46,977 bases of DNA from Nemertoderma westbladi (taxonomy: Eukaryota > Animalia > Xenacoelomorpha). A program made the position numbers and the translations under genes. The DNA lies in contig JAUCBJ010004606.1 in assembly GCA_032718475.1 (NCBI GenBank), forward strand, positions 1-46,977, read 5' to 3'. Positions 12,093-27,400 of the stretch are shown here, piece by piece; the stretch's first letter is position 1, and the number at the start of each line of letters is the position of its first letter. Under the pieces are notes generated by a model. That model made no database searches. It was not told the origin of the DNA and saw nothing but the letters and a program-made list of their open reading frames with translations.

Positions 12093-12290
12093 TAATATGG
12101 TTGGTGCGCGAAAACTTTGTTTGGCGAGAACCAATTGAATAACGGGTAACAAAAGGTGCCCTGAATTGAGTGTCGGTTTTTTTTAAAATAAACAATACAA
12201 ATTTTTTGTAGGAAACGGTCGAAGGGCAGGTATAAGTAAGCACGGGAAGCCAATTTTGAAGCTTGGCTGTGATTGGTTGCTACAGAGTTG
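12093..12290 (+). repeat. Dispersed ~190-bp repeat, copy 2 (see 3822-4005)
   Basis: Collinear similarity to 3822-4005. Confidence 0.75.
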
Positions 12291-12435
12291 ACGTCAGTGT
12301 GCTTTTTCTGAATTAATTTTGGCATTCATTTTTTACGTCCGTTCTTTTGACTTTTTTTGTCCGCCTTTTTTTACGAATTGTGCATAATGACTTTTGTTGT
12401 CCGCTGAATGACTTTTTATGTATGCATTACTTCAA

Positions 12436-15400
12436 ACTGACAGACAGCTGATTTCTGGACTGTCGGACAGTTGAAAAGAACCTGTGCAAAAACATTCCAA
12501 ATTTGTTGATTTCTGGACTGTAGGACAGTTGATTTCACTATGCCTGTGCCAAAACATTCCAAATTTGTTGATTTCTGGACTGTAGGACAGTTGATTTCAC
12601 CATGCCTGTGCCAAACATTCAAAATTTGTTGATTTCTGGACTGTAGGACAGTTGATTTCACTATGCCTGTGCCAAAACATTCCAAATTTGTTGATTTCTG
12701 GACTGTAGGACAGTGGATTTCACTATGCCTGTGCCAAACATTCAAAATTTGTTGATTTCTGGACTGTAGGACAGTGGATTTCACTATGCCTGTGCCAAAA
12801 CATTCAAAATTTGTTGATTTCCGGACTGTAGGACAGTTGATTTCACTATGCCTGTGCCAAACATTCAACATTTGTTGATTTCTGGACTGTAGGACAGTGG
12901 ATTTCACTATGCCTGTGCCAAACATTCAAAATTTGTTGATTTCTGGACTGTAGGACAGTGGATTTCACTATGCCTGTGCCAAACATTTACAATTTGTTGA
13001 TATCTGGACTGTAGGACAGTTGATTTCACCATGCCTGTGCCGAAACATTCCAAATTTGTTGATTTCTGGACTGTAGGACAGTGGATTTCACTATGCCTGT
13101 GCCAAACATTCAAAATTTGTTGATTTCTGAACTGTAGGACAGTTGATTTCACTGTGCCTGTGCCAATACATTCCAAATTTGTTGATTTCTGGACTGTAGG
13201 ACAGTTGATTTCACTATGCCTGTGCCAAACATTCAAAATTTGTTGATTTCTGAACTGTAGGACAGTTGATTTCACTGTGCCTGTGCCAATACATTCCAAA
13301 TTTGTTGATTTCTGGACTGTAGGACAGTTGATTTCACTATGCCTGTGCCAAACATTCAAAATTTGTTGATTTCTGAACTGTAGGACAGTTGATTTCACTG
13401 TGCCTGTGCCAATACATTCCAAATTTGTTGATTTCTGGACTGTAGGACAGTTGATTTCACTATGCCTGTGCCAAACATTCAAAATTTGTTGATTTCTGAA
13501 CTGTAGGACAGTTGATTTCACTGTGCCTGTGCCAATACATTCCAAATTTGTTGATTTCTGGACTGTAGGACAGTTGATTTCACTATGCCTGTGCCAAACA
13601 TTCAAAATTTGTTGATTTCTGAACTGTAGGACAGTTGATTTCACTGTGCCTGTGCCAATACATTCCAAATTTGTTGATTTCTGGACTGTAGGACAGTGGA
13701 TTTCACTATGCCTGTGCCAAACATTCAAAATTTGTTGATTTCTGAACTGTAGGACAGTTGATTTCACTGTGCCTGTGCCAATACATTCCAAATTTGTTGA
13801 TTTCTGGACTGTAGGACAGTTGATTTCACTATGCCTGTGCCAAAACATTCCAAATTTGTTGATTTCTGTACTGTAGGACAGTTGATTTCACTGTGCCTGT
13901 GCCAAACATTCAAACTTTGTTGATTTCTGAACTGTAGGACAGTTGATTTCACTGTGCCTGTGCCAAAACATTCCAAATTTGTTGATTTCTGGATTATAGG
14001 ACAGTGGATTTCACTGTGCCTGTGCCAAACATTCAAACTTTGTTGATTTCTGAACTGTAGGACAGTTGATTTCACCATGCCTGTGCCGAAACATTCCAAA
14101 TTTGTTGATTTCTGGACTGTAGGACAGTTGATTTCACTATGCCTGTGCCAAAACATTCCAAATTTGTTGATTTCTGGATTATAGGACAGTGGATTTCACT
14201 GTGCCTGTGCCAGAACATTCCAAATTTGTTGATTTCTGGACTGTAGGACAGTTTATTTCACTGTGCCTGTGCCAAACATTCAAACTTTGTTGATTTCTGA
14301 ACTGTAGGACAGTTGATTTCACTATGCCTGTGCCGAAACATTCCAAATTTGTTGATTTCTGGACTGTAGGACAGTGGATTTCACTATGCCTGTGCCAAAC
14401 ATTCAAAATTTGTTGATTTCTGAACTGTAGGACAGTTGATTTCACCATGCCTGTGCCGAAACATTCCAAATTTGTTGATTTCTGGACTGTAGGACAGTTG
14501 ATTTCACTATGCCTGTGCCAAACATTCAAAATTTGTTGATTTCTGAACTGTAGGACAGTTGATTTCACCATGCCTGTGCCGAAACATTCCAAATTTGTTG
14601 ATTTCTGGACTGTAGGACAGTGGATTTCACTATGCCTGTGCCAAACATTCAAAATTTGTTGATTTCTGAACTGTAGGACAGTTGATTTCACTATGCCTGT
14701 GCCAAACATTCAAACTTTGTTGATTTCTGAACTGTAGGACAGTTGATTTCACTGTGCCTGTGCCGAAACATTCCAAATTTGTTGATTTCCGGACTGTAGG
14801 ACAGTTGATTTCACTGTGCCTGTGCCGAAACATTCCAAATTTGTTGATTTCTGAACTGTAGGACAGTTGATTTCACTATGCCTGTGCCAAACATTCAAAC
14901 TTTGTTGATTTCTGAACTGTAGGACAGTTGATTTCACTGTGCCTGTGCCGAAACATTCCAAATTTGTTGATTTCCGGACTGTAGGACAGTTGATTTCACT
15001 ATGCCTGTGCCGAAACATTCCAAATTTGTTGATTTCCGGACTGTAGGACAGTTGATTTCACTGTGCCTGTGCCGAAACATTCCAAATTTGTTGATTTCTG
15101 GACTGTAGGACAGTTGATTTCACTATGCCTGTGCCAAACATTCAAAATTTGTTGATTTCTGAACTGTAGGACAGTTGATTTCACTGTGCCTGTGCCGAAA
15201 CATTCCAAATTTGTTGATTTCCGGACTGTAGGACAGTTGATTTCACTGTGCCTGTGCCGAAACATTCCAAATTTGTTGATTTCTGTACTGTAGGACAGTT
15301 GATTTCACTATGCCTGTGCCAAACATTCAAACTTTGTTGATTTCTGAACTGTAGGACAGTTGATTTCACTGTGCCTGTGCCGAAACATTCCAAATTTGTT

Positions 15401-18400
15401 GATTTCCGGACTGTAGGACAGTTGATTTCACTGTGCCTGTGCCGAAACATTCCAAATTTGTTGATTTCTGGACTGTAGGACAGTGGATTTCACTATGCCT
15501 GTGCCAAACATTCAAAATTTGTTGATTTCTGAACTGTAGGACAGTTGATTTCACTGTGCCTGTGCCAATACATTCCAAATTTGTTGATTTCTGGACTGTA
15601 GGACAGTTGATTTCACTATGCCTGTGCCAAAACATTCCAAATTTGTTGATTTCTGGACTGTAGGACAGTTGATTTCACTATGCCTGTGCCAAACATTCAA
15701 AATTTGTTGATTTCTGGACTGTAGGACAGTGGATTTCACTGTGCCTGTGCCAAACATTCAAACTTTGTTGATTTCTGAACTGTAGGACAGTTGATTTCAC
15801 TGTGCCTGTGCCAATACATTCCAAATTTGTTGATTTCTGGACTGTAGGACAGTTGATTTCACTATGCCTGTGCCAAAACATTCCAAATTTGTTGATTTCT
15901 GGACTGTAGGACAGTGGATTTCACTGTGCCTGTGCCAAACATTCAAACTTTGTTGATTTCTGAACTGTAGGACAGTTGATTTCACTGTGCCTGTGCCAAA
16001 ACATTCCAAATTTGTTGATTTCTGGATTATAGGACAGTGGATTTCACTGTGCCTGTGCCAGAACATTCCAAATTTGTTGATTTCTGGACTGTAGGACAGT
16101 GGATTTCACTATGCCTGTGCCAAACATTCAAAATTTGTTGATTTCTGAACTGTAGGACAGTTGATTTCACTATGCCTGTGCCAATACATTCCAAATTTGT
16201 TGATTTCTGGACTGTAGGACAGTTGATTTCACTATGCCTGTGCCAAAACATTCCAAATTTGTTGATTTCTGGACTGTAGGACAGTGGATTTCACTATGCC
16301 TGTGCCAAAACATTCCAAATTTGTTGATTTCTGGACTGTAGGACAGTTGATTTCACTATGCCTGTGCCAAACATTCAAAATTTGTTGATTTCTGAACTGT
16401 AGGACAGTTGATTTCACTGTGCCTGTGCCAAAACATTCCAAATTTGTTGATTTCTGGACTGTAGGACAGTTGATTTCACTATGCCTGTGCCAAACATTCA
16501 AAATTTGTTGATTTCTGAACTGTAGGACAGTTGATTTCACTGTGCCTGTGCCAATACATTCCAAATTTGTTGATTTCTGAACTGTAGGACAGTTGATTTC
16601 ACTATGCCTGTGCCAAACATTCAAAATTTGTTGATTTCTGGACTGTAGGACAGTGGATTTCACTATGCCTGTGCCAAACATTCCAAATTTGTTGATTTCT
16701 GGACTGTAGGACAGTTGATTTCACTATGCCTGTGCCAAACATTCAAAATTTGTTGATTTCTGGACTGTAGGACAGTTGATTTCACTGTGCCTGTGCCAAT
16801 ACATTCCAAATTTGTTGATTTCTGAACTGTAGGACAGTTGATTTCACTGTGCCTGTGCCAAACATTCCAAATTTGTTGATTTCTGGACTGTAGGACAGTT
16901 GATTTCACTATGCCTGTGCCAAACATTCAAAATTTCTTGATTTCTGGACTGTAGGACAGTTGATTTCACTATGCCTGTGCCAAACATTCCAAATTTGTTG
17001 ATTTCTGAACTGTAGGACAGTTGATTTCACTGTGCCTGTGCCAAACATTCCAAATTTGTTGATTTCTGGACTGTAGGACAGTGGATTTTACTATGCCTGT
17101 GCCAATACATTCCAAATTTGTTGATTTCTGGACTGTAGGACAGTTGATTTCACTATGCCTGTGCCAAACATTCAAACTTTGTTGATTTCTGAACTGTAGG
17201 ACAGTTGATTTCACTGTGCCTGTGCCAATACATTCCAAATTTGTTGATTTCTGGACTGTAGGACAGTTGATTTCACTATGCCTGTGCCAAACATTCAAAA
17301 TTTGTTGATTTCTGAACTGTAGGACAGTTGATTTCACTGTGCCTGTGCCAATACATTCCAAATTTGTTGATTTCTGGACTGTAGGACAGTTGATTTCACT
17401 ATGCCTGTGCCAAACATTCAAAATTTGTTGATTTCTGAACTGTAGGACAGTTGATTTCACTGTGCCTGTGCCAAAACATTCCAAATTTGTTGATTTCTGT
17501 ACTGTAGGACAGTTGATTTCACTATGCCTGTGCCAAACATTCAAAATTTGTTGATTTCTGAACTGTAGGACAGTTGATTTCACTGTGCCTGTGCCAATAC
17601 ATTCCAAATTTGTTGATTTCTGAACTGTAGGACAGTTGATTTCACTGTGCCTGTGCCAATACATTCCAAATTTGTTGATTTCTGGACTGTAGGACAGTTG
17701 ATTTCACTATGCCTGTGCCAAAACATTCCAAATTTGTTGATTTCTGTACTGTAGGACAGTTGATTTCACTGTGCCTGTGCCAAACATTCAAACTTTGTTG
17801 ATTTCTGAACTGTAGGACAGTTGATTTCACTGTGCCTGTGCCAAAACATTCCAAATTTGTTGATTTCTGGATTATAGGACAGTGGATTTCACTGTGCCTG
17901 TGCCAGAACATTCCAAATTTGTTGATTTCTGGACTGTAGGACAGTTGATTTCACCATGCCTGTGCCAAAACATTCCAAATTTGTTGATTTCTGGATTATA
18001 GGACAGTGGATTTCACTGTGCCTGTGCCAGAACATTCAAAATTTGTTGATTTCTGAACTGTAGGACAGTTGATTTCACTGTGCCTGTGCCAATACATTCC
18101 AAATTTGTTGATTTCTGGACTGTAGGACAGTTGATTTCACTATGCCTGTGCCAAACATTCAAAATTTGTTGATTTCTGAACTGTAGGACAGTTGATTTCA
18201 CTGTGCCTGTGCCAAAACATTCCAAATTTGTTGATTTCTGGATTATAGGACAGTGGATTTCACTGTGCCTGTGCCAGAACATTCCAAATTTGTTGATTTC
18301 TGGACTGTAGGACAGTTGATTTCACTGTGCCTGTGCCAAACATTCAAACTTTGTTGATTTCTGAACTGTAGGACAGTTGATTTCACTGTGCCTGTGCCAA

Positions 18401-21400
18401 AACATTCCAAATTTGTTGATTTCTGGACTGTAGGACAGTTGATTTCACTATGCCTGTGCCAAAACATTCCAAATTTGTTGATTTCTGGACTGTAGGACAG
18501 TTGATTTCACTATGCCTGTGCCAAACATTCAAACTTTGTTGATTTCTGAACTGTAGGACAGTTGATTTCACTGTGCCTGTGCCAAAACATTCCAAATTTG
18601 TTGATTTCTGGATTATAGGACAGTGGATTTCACTGTGCCTGTGCCAGAACATTCCAAATTTGTTGATTTCTGGACTGTAGGACAGTTGATTTCACTATGC
18701 CTGTGCCAAACATTCAAACTTTGTTGATTTCTGAACTGTAGGACAGTTGATTTCACTGTGCCTGTGCCAATACATTCCAAATTTGTTGATTTCTGGACTG
18801 TAGGACAGTTGATTTCACTATGCCTGTGCCAAACATTCAAAATTTGTTGATTTCTGGACTGTAGGACAGTTGATTTCACTGTGCCTGTGCCAAACATTCC
18901 AAATTTGTTGATTTCTGGACTGTAGGACAGTTGATTTCACTATGCCTGTGCCAAACATTCAAAATTTGTTGATTTCTGGACTGTAGGACAGTTGATTTCA
19001 CTGTGCCTGTGCCAAAACATTCCAAATTTGTTGATTTCTGGACTGTAGGACAGTGGATTTCACTATGCCTGTGCCAAACATTCAAAATTTGTTGATTTCT
19101 GGACTGTAGGACAGTTGATTTCACTATGCCTGTGCCAAACATTCCAAATTTGTTGATTTCTGGACTGTAGGACAGTTGATTTCACTATGCCTGTGCCAAA
19201 CATTCCAAATTTGTTGATTTCTGGACTGTAGGACAGTTGATTTCACTATGCCTGTGCCAAAACATTCCAAATTTGTTGATTTCTGGACTGTAGGACAGTT
19301 GATTTCACTGTGCCTGTGCCAAACATTCAAAATTTGTTGATTTCTGGACTGTAGGACAGTTGATTTCACTGTGCCTGTGCCAAAACATTCCAAATTTGTT
19401 GATTTCTGGATTATAGGACAGTGGATTTCACTGTGCCTGTGCCAAACATTCCAAATTTGTTGATTTCTGGACTGTAGGACAGTTGATTTCACTATGCCTG
19501 TGCCAAAACATTCCAAATTTGTTGATTTCTGGATTATAGGACAGTGGATTTCACTGTGCCTGTGCCAAACATTCAAAATTTGTTGATTTCTGGACTGTAG
19601 GACAGTTGATTTCACTGTGCCTGTGCCAAACATTCCAAATTTGTTGATTTCTGGACTGTAGGACAGTTGATTTCACTATGCCTGTGCCAAACATTCAAAA
19701 TTTGTTGATTTCTGGACTGTAGGACAGTTGATTTCACTATGCCTGTGCCAAACATTCCAAATTTGTTGATTTCTGGACTGTAGGACAGTGGATTTCACTA
19801 TGCCTGTGCCAAACATTCCAAATTTGTTGATTTCTGGACTGTAGGACAGTTGATTTCACTATGCCTGTGCCAAACATTCAAAATTTGTTGATTTCTGGAC
19901 TGTAGGACAGTTGATTTCACTGTGCCTGTGCCAAAACATTCCAAATTTGTTGATTTCTGGACTGTAGGACAGTTGATTTCACTATGCCTGTGCCAAAACA
20001 TTCCAAATTTGTTGATTTCTGGACTGTAGGACAGTTGATTTCACTATGCCTGTGCCAAACATTCAAAATTTGTTGATTTCTGGACTGTAGGACAGTTGAT
20101 TTCACTGTGCCTGTGCCAAAACATTCCAAATTTGTTGATTTCTGGATTATAGGACAGTGGATTTCACTGTGCCTGTGCCAAACATTCCAAATTTGTTGAT
20201 TTCTGGACTGTAGGACAGTGGATTTCACTATGCCTGTGCCAAACATTCCAAATTTGTTGATTTCTGGACTGTAGGACAGTTGATTTCACTGTGCCTGTGC
20301 CAAACATTCCAAATTTGTTGATTTCTGGACTGTAGGACAGTTGATTTCACTGTGCCTGTGCCAAAACATTCCAAATTTGTTGATTTCTGGACTGTAGGAC
20401 AGTGGATTTCACTATGCCTGTGCCAAACATTCAAAATTTGTTGATTTCTGGACTGTAGGACAGTTGATTTCACTATGCCTGTGCCAAAACATTCCAAATT
20501 TGTTGATTTCTGGACTGTAGGACAGTTGATTTCACTGTGCCTGTGCCAAAACATTCCAAATTTGTTGATTTCTGGACTGTAGGACAGTTGATTTCACTAT
20601 GCCTGTGCCAAACATTCAAAATTTGTTGATTTCTGGACTGTAGGACAGTGGATTTCACTATGCCTGTGCCAAACATTCAAAATTTGTTGATTTCTGGACT
20701 GTAGGACAGTTGATTTCACTATGCCTGTGCCAAAACATTCCAAATTTGTTGATTTCTGGACTGTAGGACAGTTGATTTCACTATGCCTGTGCCAAACATT
20801 CAAAATTTGTTGATTTCTGGACTGTAGGACAGTGGATTTCACTATGCCTGTGCCAAACATTCCAAATTTGTTGATTTCTGGACTGTAGGACAGTTGATTT
20901 CACTGTGCCTGTGCCAAACATTCCAAATTTGTTGATTTCTGGACTGTAGGACAGTTGATTTCACTATGCCTGTGCCAAACATTCCAAATTTGTTGATTTC
21001 TGGACTGTAGGACAGTTGATTTCACTATGCCTGTGCCAAACATTCCAAATTTGTTGATTTCTGGACTGTAGGACAGTTGATTTCACTATGCCTGTGCCAA
21101 ACATTCCAAATTTGTTGATTTCTGGACTGTAGGACAGTTGATTTCACTATGCCTGTGCCAAACATTCAAAATTTGTTGATTTCTGGACTGTAGGACAGTG
21201 GATTTCACTATGCCTGTGCCAAACATTCAAAATTTGTTGATTTCTGGACTGTAGGACAGTTGATTTCACTATGCCTGTGCCAAAACATTCAAAATTTGTT
21301 GATTTCTGGACTGTAGGACAGTTGATTTCACTATGCCTGTGCCAAAACATTCCAAATTTGTTGATTTCTGGATTATAGGACAGTGGATTTCACTGTGCCT

Positions 21401-24400
21401 GAGCCAAACATTCCAAATTTGTTGATTTCTGAACTGTAGGTCAGTTGATTTCACTATGCCTGTGCCAAAACATTCCAAATTTGTTGATTTCTGGATTATA
21501 GGACAGTGGATTTCACTGTGCCTGTGCCAAACATTCCAAATTTGTTGATTTCTGGACTGTAGGACAGTGATTTCACTATGCCTGTGCCAAAACATTCCAA
21601 ATTTGTTGATTTCTGGATTATAGGACAGTGGATTTCACTGTGCCTGTGCCAAAACATTCCAAATTTGTTGATTTCTGGACTGTAGGACAGTTGATTTCAC
21701 TATGCCTGTGCCAAAACATTCAAAATTTGTTGATTTCTGGACTGTAGGACAGTTGATTTCACTATGCCTGTGCCAAAACATTCCAAATTTGTTGATTTCT
21801 GGATTATAGGACAGTGGATTTCACTGTGCCTGTGCCAAACATTCCAAATTTGTTGATTTCTGAACTGTAGGTCAGTTGATTTCACTATGCCTGTGCCAAA
21901 CATTCAAAATTTGTTGATTTCTGGACTGTAGGACAGTTGATTTCACTGTGCCTGTGCCAAAACATTCAAAATTTGTTGATTTCTGGACTGTAGGACAGTG
22001 GATTTCACTATGCCTGTGCCAAACATTCAAAATTTGTTGATTTCTGGACTGTAGGACAGTTGATTTCACTGTGCCTGTGCCAAACATTCAAAATTTGTTG
22101 ATTTCTGGACTGTAGGACAGTGGATTTCACTATGCCTGTGCCAAACATTCCAAATTTGTTGATTTCTGGACTGTAGGACAGTTGATTTCACTGTGCCTGT
22201 GCCAAACATTCCAAATTTGTTGATTTCTGGACTGTAGGACAGTTGATTTCACTATGCCTGTGCCAAACATTCCAAATTTGTTGATTTCTGTACTGTAGGA
22301 CAGTTGATTTCACTATGCCTGTGCCAAACATTCAAAATTTGTTGATTTCTGGACTGTAGGACAGTGGATTTCACTATGCCTGTGCCAAACATTCAAAATT
22401 TGTTGATTTCTGGACTGTAGGACAGTTGATTTCACTATGCCTGTGCCAAACATTCAAAATTTGTTGATTTCTGGACTGTAGGACAGTGGATTTCACTATG
22501 CCTGTGCCAAACATTCAAAATTTGTTGATTTCTGGACTGTAGGACAGTTGATTTCACTGTGCCTGTGCCAAAACATTCAAAATTTGTTGATTTCTGGACT
22601 GTAGGACAGTTGATTTCACTATGCCTGTGCCAAAACATTCCAAATTTGTTGATTTCTGGATTATAGGACAGTGGATTTCACTGTGCCTGAGCCAAACATT
22701 CCAAATTTGTTGATTTCTGAATTGTAGGTCAGTTGATTTCACTATGCCTGTGCCAAAACATTCCAAATTTGTTGATTTCTGGATTATAGGACAGTGGATT
22801 TCACTGTGCCTGTGCCAAACATTCCAAATTTGTTGATTTCTGGACTGTAGGACAGTGATTTCACTATGCCTGTGCCAAAACATTCCAAATTTGTTGATTT
22901 CTGGATTATAGGACAGTGGATTTCACTGTGCCTGTGCCAAAACATTCCAAATTTGTTGATTTCTGGACTGTAGGACAGTTGATTTCACTATGCCTGTGCC
23001 AAAACATTCCAAATTTGTTGATTTCTGGACTGTAGGACAGTTGATTTCACTATGCCTGTGCCAAACATTCCAAATTTGTTGATTTCTGGACTGTAGGACA
23101 GTTGATTTCACTATGCCTGTGCCAAAACATTCCAAATTTGTTGATTTCTGGACTGTAGGACAGTTGATTTCACCATGCCTGTGCCAAACATTCCAAATTT
23201 GTTGATTTCTGGACTGTAGGACAGTTGATTTTACTATGCCTGTGCCAAACATTCCAAATTTGTTGATTTCTGTACTGTAGGACAGTTGATTTCACTATGC
23301 CTGTGCCAAACATTCAAAATTTGTTGATTTCTGGACTGTAGGACAGTGGATTTCACTATGCCTGTGCCAAACATTCCAAATTTGTTGATTTCTGGACTGT
23401 AGGACAGTTGATTTCACTGTGCCTGTGCCAAACATTCCAAATTTGTTGATTTCTGGACTGTAGGACAGTTGATTTCACTGTGCCTGTGCCAAACATTCCA
23501 AATTTGTTGATTTCTGGACTGTAGGACAGTTGATTTCACTATGCCTGTGCCAAACATTCCAAATTTGTTGATTTCTGGACTGTAGGACAGTTGATTTCAC
23601 TATGCCTGTGCCAAACATTCCAAATTTGTTGATTTCTGGACTGTAGGACAGTTGATTTCACTATGCCTGTGCCAAACATTCAAAATTTGTTGATTTCTGG
23701 ACTGTAGGACAGTGGATTTCACTATGCCTGTGCCAAACATTCAAAATTTGTTGATTTCTGGACTGTAGGACAGTTGATTTCACTATGCCTGTGCCAAACA
23801 TTCAAAATTTGTTGATTTCTGGACTGTAGGACAGTGGATTTCACTATGCCTGTGCCAAACATTCAAAATTTGTTGATTTCTGGACTGTAGGACAGTTGAT
23901 TTCACTATGCCTGTGCCAAAACATTCCAAATTTGTTGATTTCTGGATTATAGGACAGTGGATTTCACTGTGCCTGAGCCAAACATTCCAAATTTGTTGAT
24001 TTCTGGACTGTAGGACAGTTGATTTCACTATGCCTGTGCCAAAACATTCCAAATTTGTTGATTTCTGGATTATAGGACAGTGAATTTCACTGTGCCTGAG
24101 CCAAACATTCCAAATTTGTTGATTTCTGGACTGTAGGACAGTTTATTTCACTGTGCCTGTGCCAAAACATTCCAAATTTGTTGATTTCTGGATTATAGGA
24201 CAGTGGATTTCACTGTGCCTGTGCCAAACATTCCAAATTTGTTGATTTCTGGACTGTAGGACAGTGATTTCACTATGCCTGTGCCAAAACATTCCAAATT
24301 TGTTGATTTCTGGATTATAGGACAGTGGATTTCACTGTGCCTGTGCCAAAACATTCCAAATTTGTTGATTTCTGGACTGTAGGACAGTTGATTTCACTAT

Positions 24401-27400
24401 GCCTGTGCCAAAACATTCCAAATTTGTTGATTTCTGGACTGTAGGACAGTTGATTTCACTATGCCTGTGCCAAACATTCAAAATTTGTTGATTTCTGGAT
24501 TATAGGACAGTGGATTTCACTATGCCTGTGCCAAACATTCAAAATTTGTTGATTTCTGGACTGTAGGACAGTTGATTTCACTATGCCTGTGCCAAAACAT
24601 TCCAAATTTGTTGATTTCTGGACTGTAGGACAGTGGATTTCACTATGCCTCTGCCAAACATTCAAAATTTGTTGATTTCTGGACTGTAGGACAGTGGATT
24701 TCACTATGCCTGTGCCAAACATTCAAAATTTGTTGATTTCTGGACTGTAGGACAGTGGATTTCACTATGCCTGTGCCAAACATTCAAAATTTGTTGATTT
24801 CTGGACTGTAGAACAGTGGATTTCACTATGCCTGTGCCAAACATTCAAAATTTGTTGATTTCTGGACTGTAGGACAGTGGATTTCACTATGCCTGTGCCA
24901 AACATTCCAAATTTGTTGATTTCTGGACTGTAGGACAGTGGATTTCACTATGCCTGTGCCAAACATTCAAAATTTGTTGATTTCTGGACTGTAGGACAGT
25001 TGATTTCACTGTGCCTGTGCCAAAACATTCCAAATTTGTTGATTTCTGGATTATAGGACTGTGGATTTCACTATGCCTGTGCCAAACATTCAAAATTTGT
25101 TGATTTCTGGACTGTAGGACAGTTGATATCACTATGCCTGTGCCAAAACATTCAAAATTTGTTGATTTCTGGACTGTAGGACAGTGGATTTCACTATGCC
25201 TGTGCCAAACATTCAAAATTTGTTGATTTCTGGACTGTAGGACAGTTGATATCACTATGCCTGTGCCAAAACATTCCAAATTTGTTGATTTCTGGACTGT
25301 AGGACAGTTTATTTCACTGTGCCTGTGCCAAAACATTCCAAATTTGTTGATTTCTGGACTGTAGGACAGTTGATTTCACTATGCCTGTGCCAAACATTCA
25401 ACATTTGTTGATTTCTGGACTGTAGGACAGTGGATTTCACTATGCCTGTGCCAAACATTCAAAATTTGTTGATTTCTGGACTGTAGGACAGTTGATTTCA
25501 CTATGCCTGTGCCAAAACATTCCAAATTTGTTGATTTCTGGACTGTAGGACAGTGGATTTCACTATGCCTGTGCCAAACATTCAAAATTTGTTGATTTCT
25601 GGACTGTAGGACAGTGGATTTCACTATGCCTGTGCCAAACATTCAAAATTTGTTGATTTCTGGACTGTAGGACAGTGGATTTCACTATGCCTGTGCCAAA
25701 CATTCAAAATTTGTTGATTTCTGGACTGTAGGACAGTTGATATCACTATGCCTGTGCCAAAACATTCCAAATTTGTTGATTTCTGGACTGTAGGACAGTT
25801 TATTTCACTGTGCCTGTGCCAAAACATTCCAAATTTGTTGATTTCTGGACTGTAGGACAGTTGATTTCACTATGCCTGTGCCAAACATTCAACATTTGTT
25901 GATTTCTGGACTGTAGGACAGTGGATTTCACTATGCCTGTGCCAAACATTCAAAATTTGTTGATTTCTGGACTGTAGGACAGTGGATTTCACTATGCCTG
26001 TGCCAAACATTCAAAATTTGTTGATTTCTGGACTGTAGGACAGTTGATTTCACTATGCCTGTGCCAAAACATTCCAAATTTGTTGATTTCTGGACTGTAG
26101 GACAGTTGATTTCACTATGCCTGTGCCAAAACATTCCAAATTTGTTGATTTCTGGACTGTAGGACAGTTGATTTCACTATGCCTGTGCCAAACATTCAAC
26201 ATTTGTTGATTTCTGGACTGTAGGACAGTGGATTTCACTATGCCTGTGCCAAACATTCCAAATTTGTTGATTTCTGGACTGTAGGACAGTGGATTTCACT
26301 ATGCCTGTGCCAAACATTCAAAATTTGTTGATTTCTGGACTGTAGGACAGTTGATTTCACTATGCCTGTGCCAAACATTCCAAATTTGTTGATTTCTGGA
26401 CTGTAGGACAGTTGATTTCACTATGCCTGTGCCAAACATTCAAAATTTGTTGATTTCTGGACTGTAGGACAGTTGATTTCACTATGCCTGTGCCAAACAT
26501 TCAAAATTTGTTGATTTCTGGACTGTAGGACAGTTGATTTCACTATGCCTGTGCCAAACATTCAAAATTTGTTGATTTCTGGACTGTAGGACAGTTGATT
26601 TCACTATGCCTGTGCCAAACATTCAAAATTTGTTGATTTCTGGACTGTAGGACAGTTGATTTCACTATGCCTGTGCCAAACATTCCAAATTTGTTGATTT
26701 CTGGACTGTAGGACAGTTGATTTCACTGTGCCTGTGCCAAAACATTCCAAATTTGTTGATTTCTGGACTGTAGGACAGTTGATTTCACTGTGCCTGTGCC
26801 AGAACATTCAAAATTTGTTGATTTCTGGACTGTAGGACAGTTGATTTCACTATGCCTGTGCCAAAACATTCCAAATTTGTTGATTTCTGGACTGTAGGAC
26901 AGTTGATTTCACTATGCCTGTGCCAAAACATTCCAAATTTGTTGATTTCTGGAATGTAGGACAGATGATTTCACTATGCCTGTGCCAAAATATTCCAAAT
27001 TTGTTGATTTCTGGAATGTAGGACAGTTGATTTCACTATGCCTGTGCCAAAACATTCAAAATTTGTTGATTTCTGGACTGTAGGACAGTGGATTTCACTA
27101 TGCCTGTGCCAAAATATTCCAAATTTGTTGATTTCTGGAATGTAGGACAGTTGATTTCACTATGCCTGTGCCAAAATATTCCAAATTTGTTGATTTCTGG
27201 AATGTAGGACAGTTGATTTCACTATGCGTGTGCCAAAATATTCCAAATTTGTTGATTTCTGGAATGTAGGACAGTTGTTTTCACTATGCCTGTGCCAAAA
27301 CATTCAAAATTTGTTGATTTCTGGACTGTAGGACAGTGGATTTCACTATGCCTGTGCCAAAATATTCCAAATTTGTTGATTTCTGGACTGTAGGACAGTG

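Noticed and set aside
12416-26807. Dozens of Cys/His-rich minus-strand ORFs (WHRHSEINCPTVQKSTNLEC...) that look like zinc-finger repeat proteins
   Set aside because: They are translations of the 61/62-bp satellite. The frame shifts wherever monomer length alternation breaks, so there is no sign of frame conservation.
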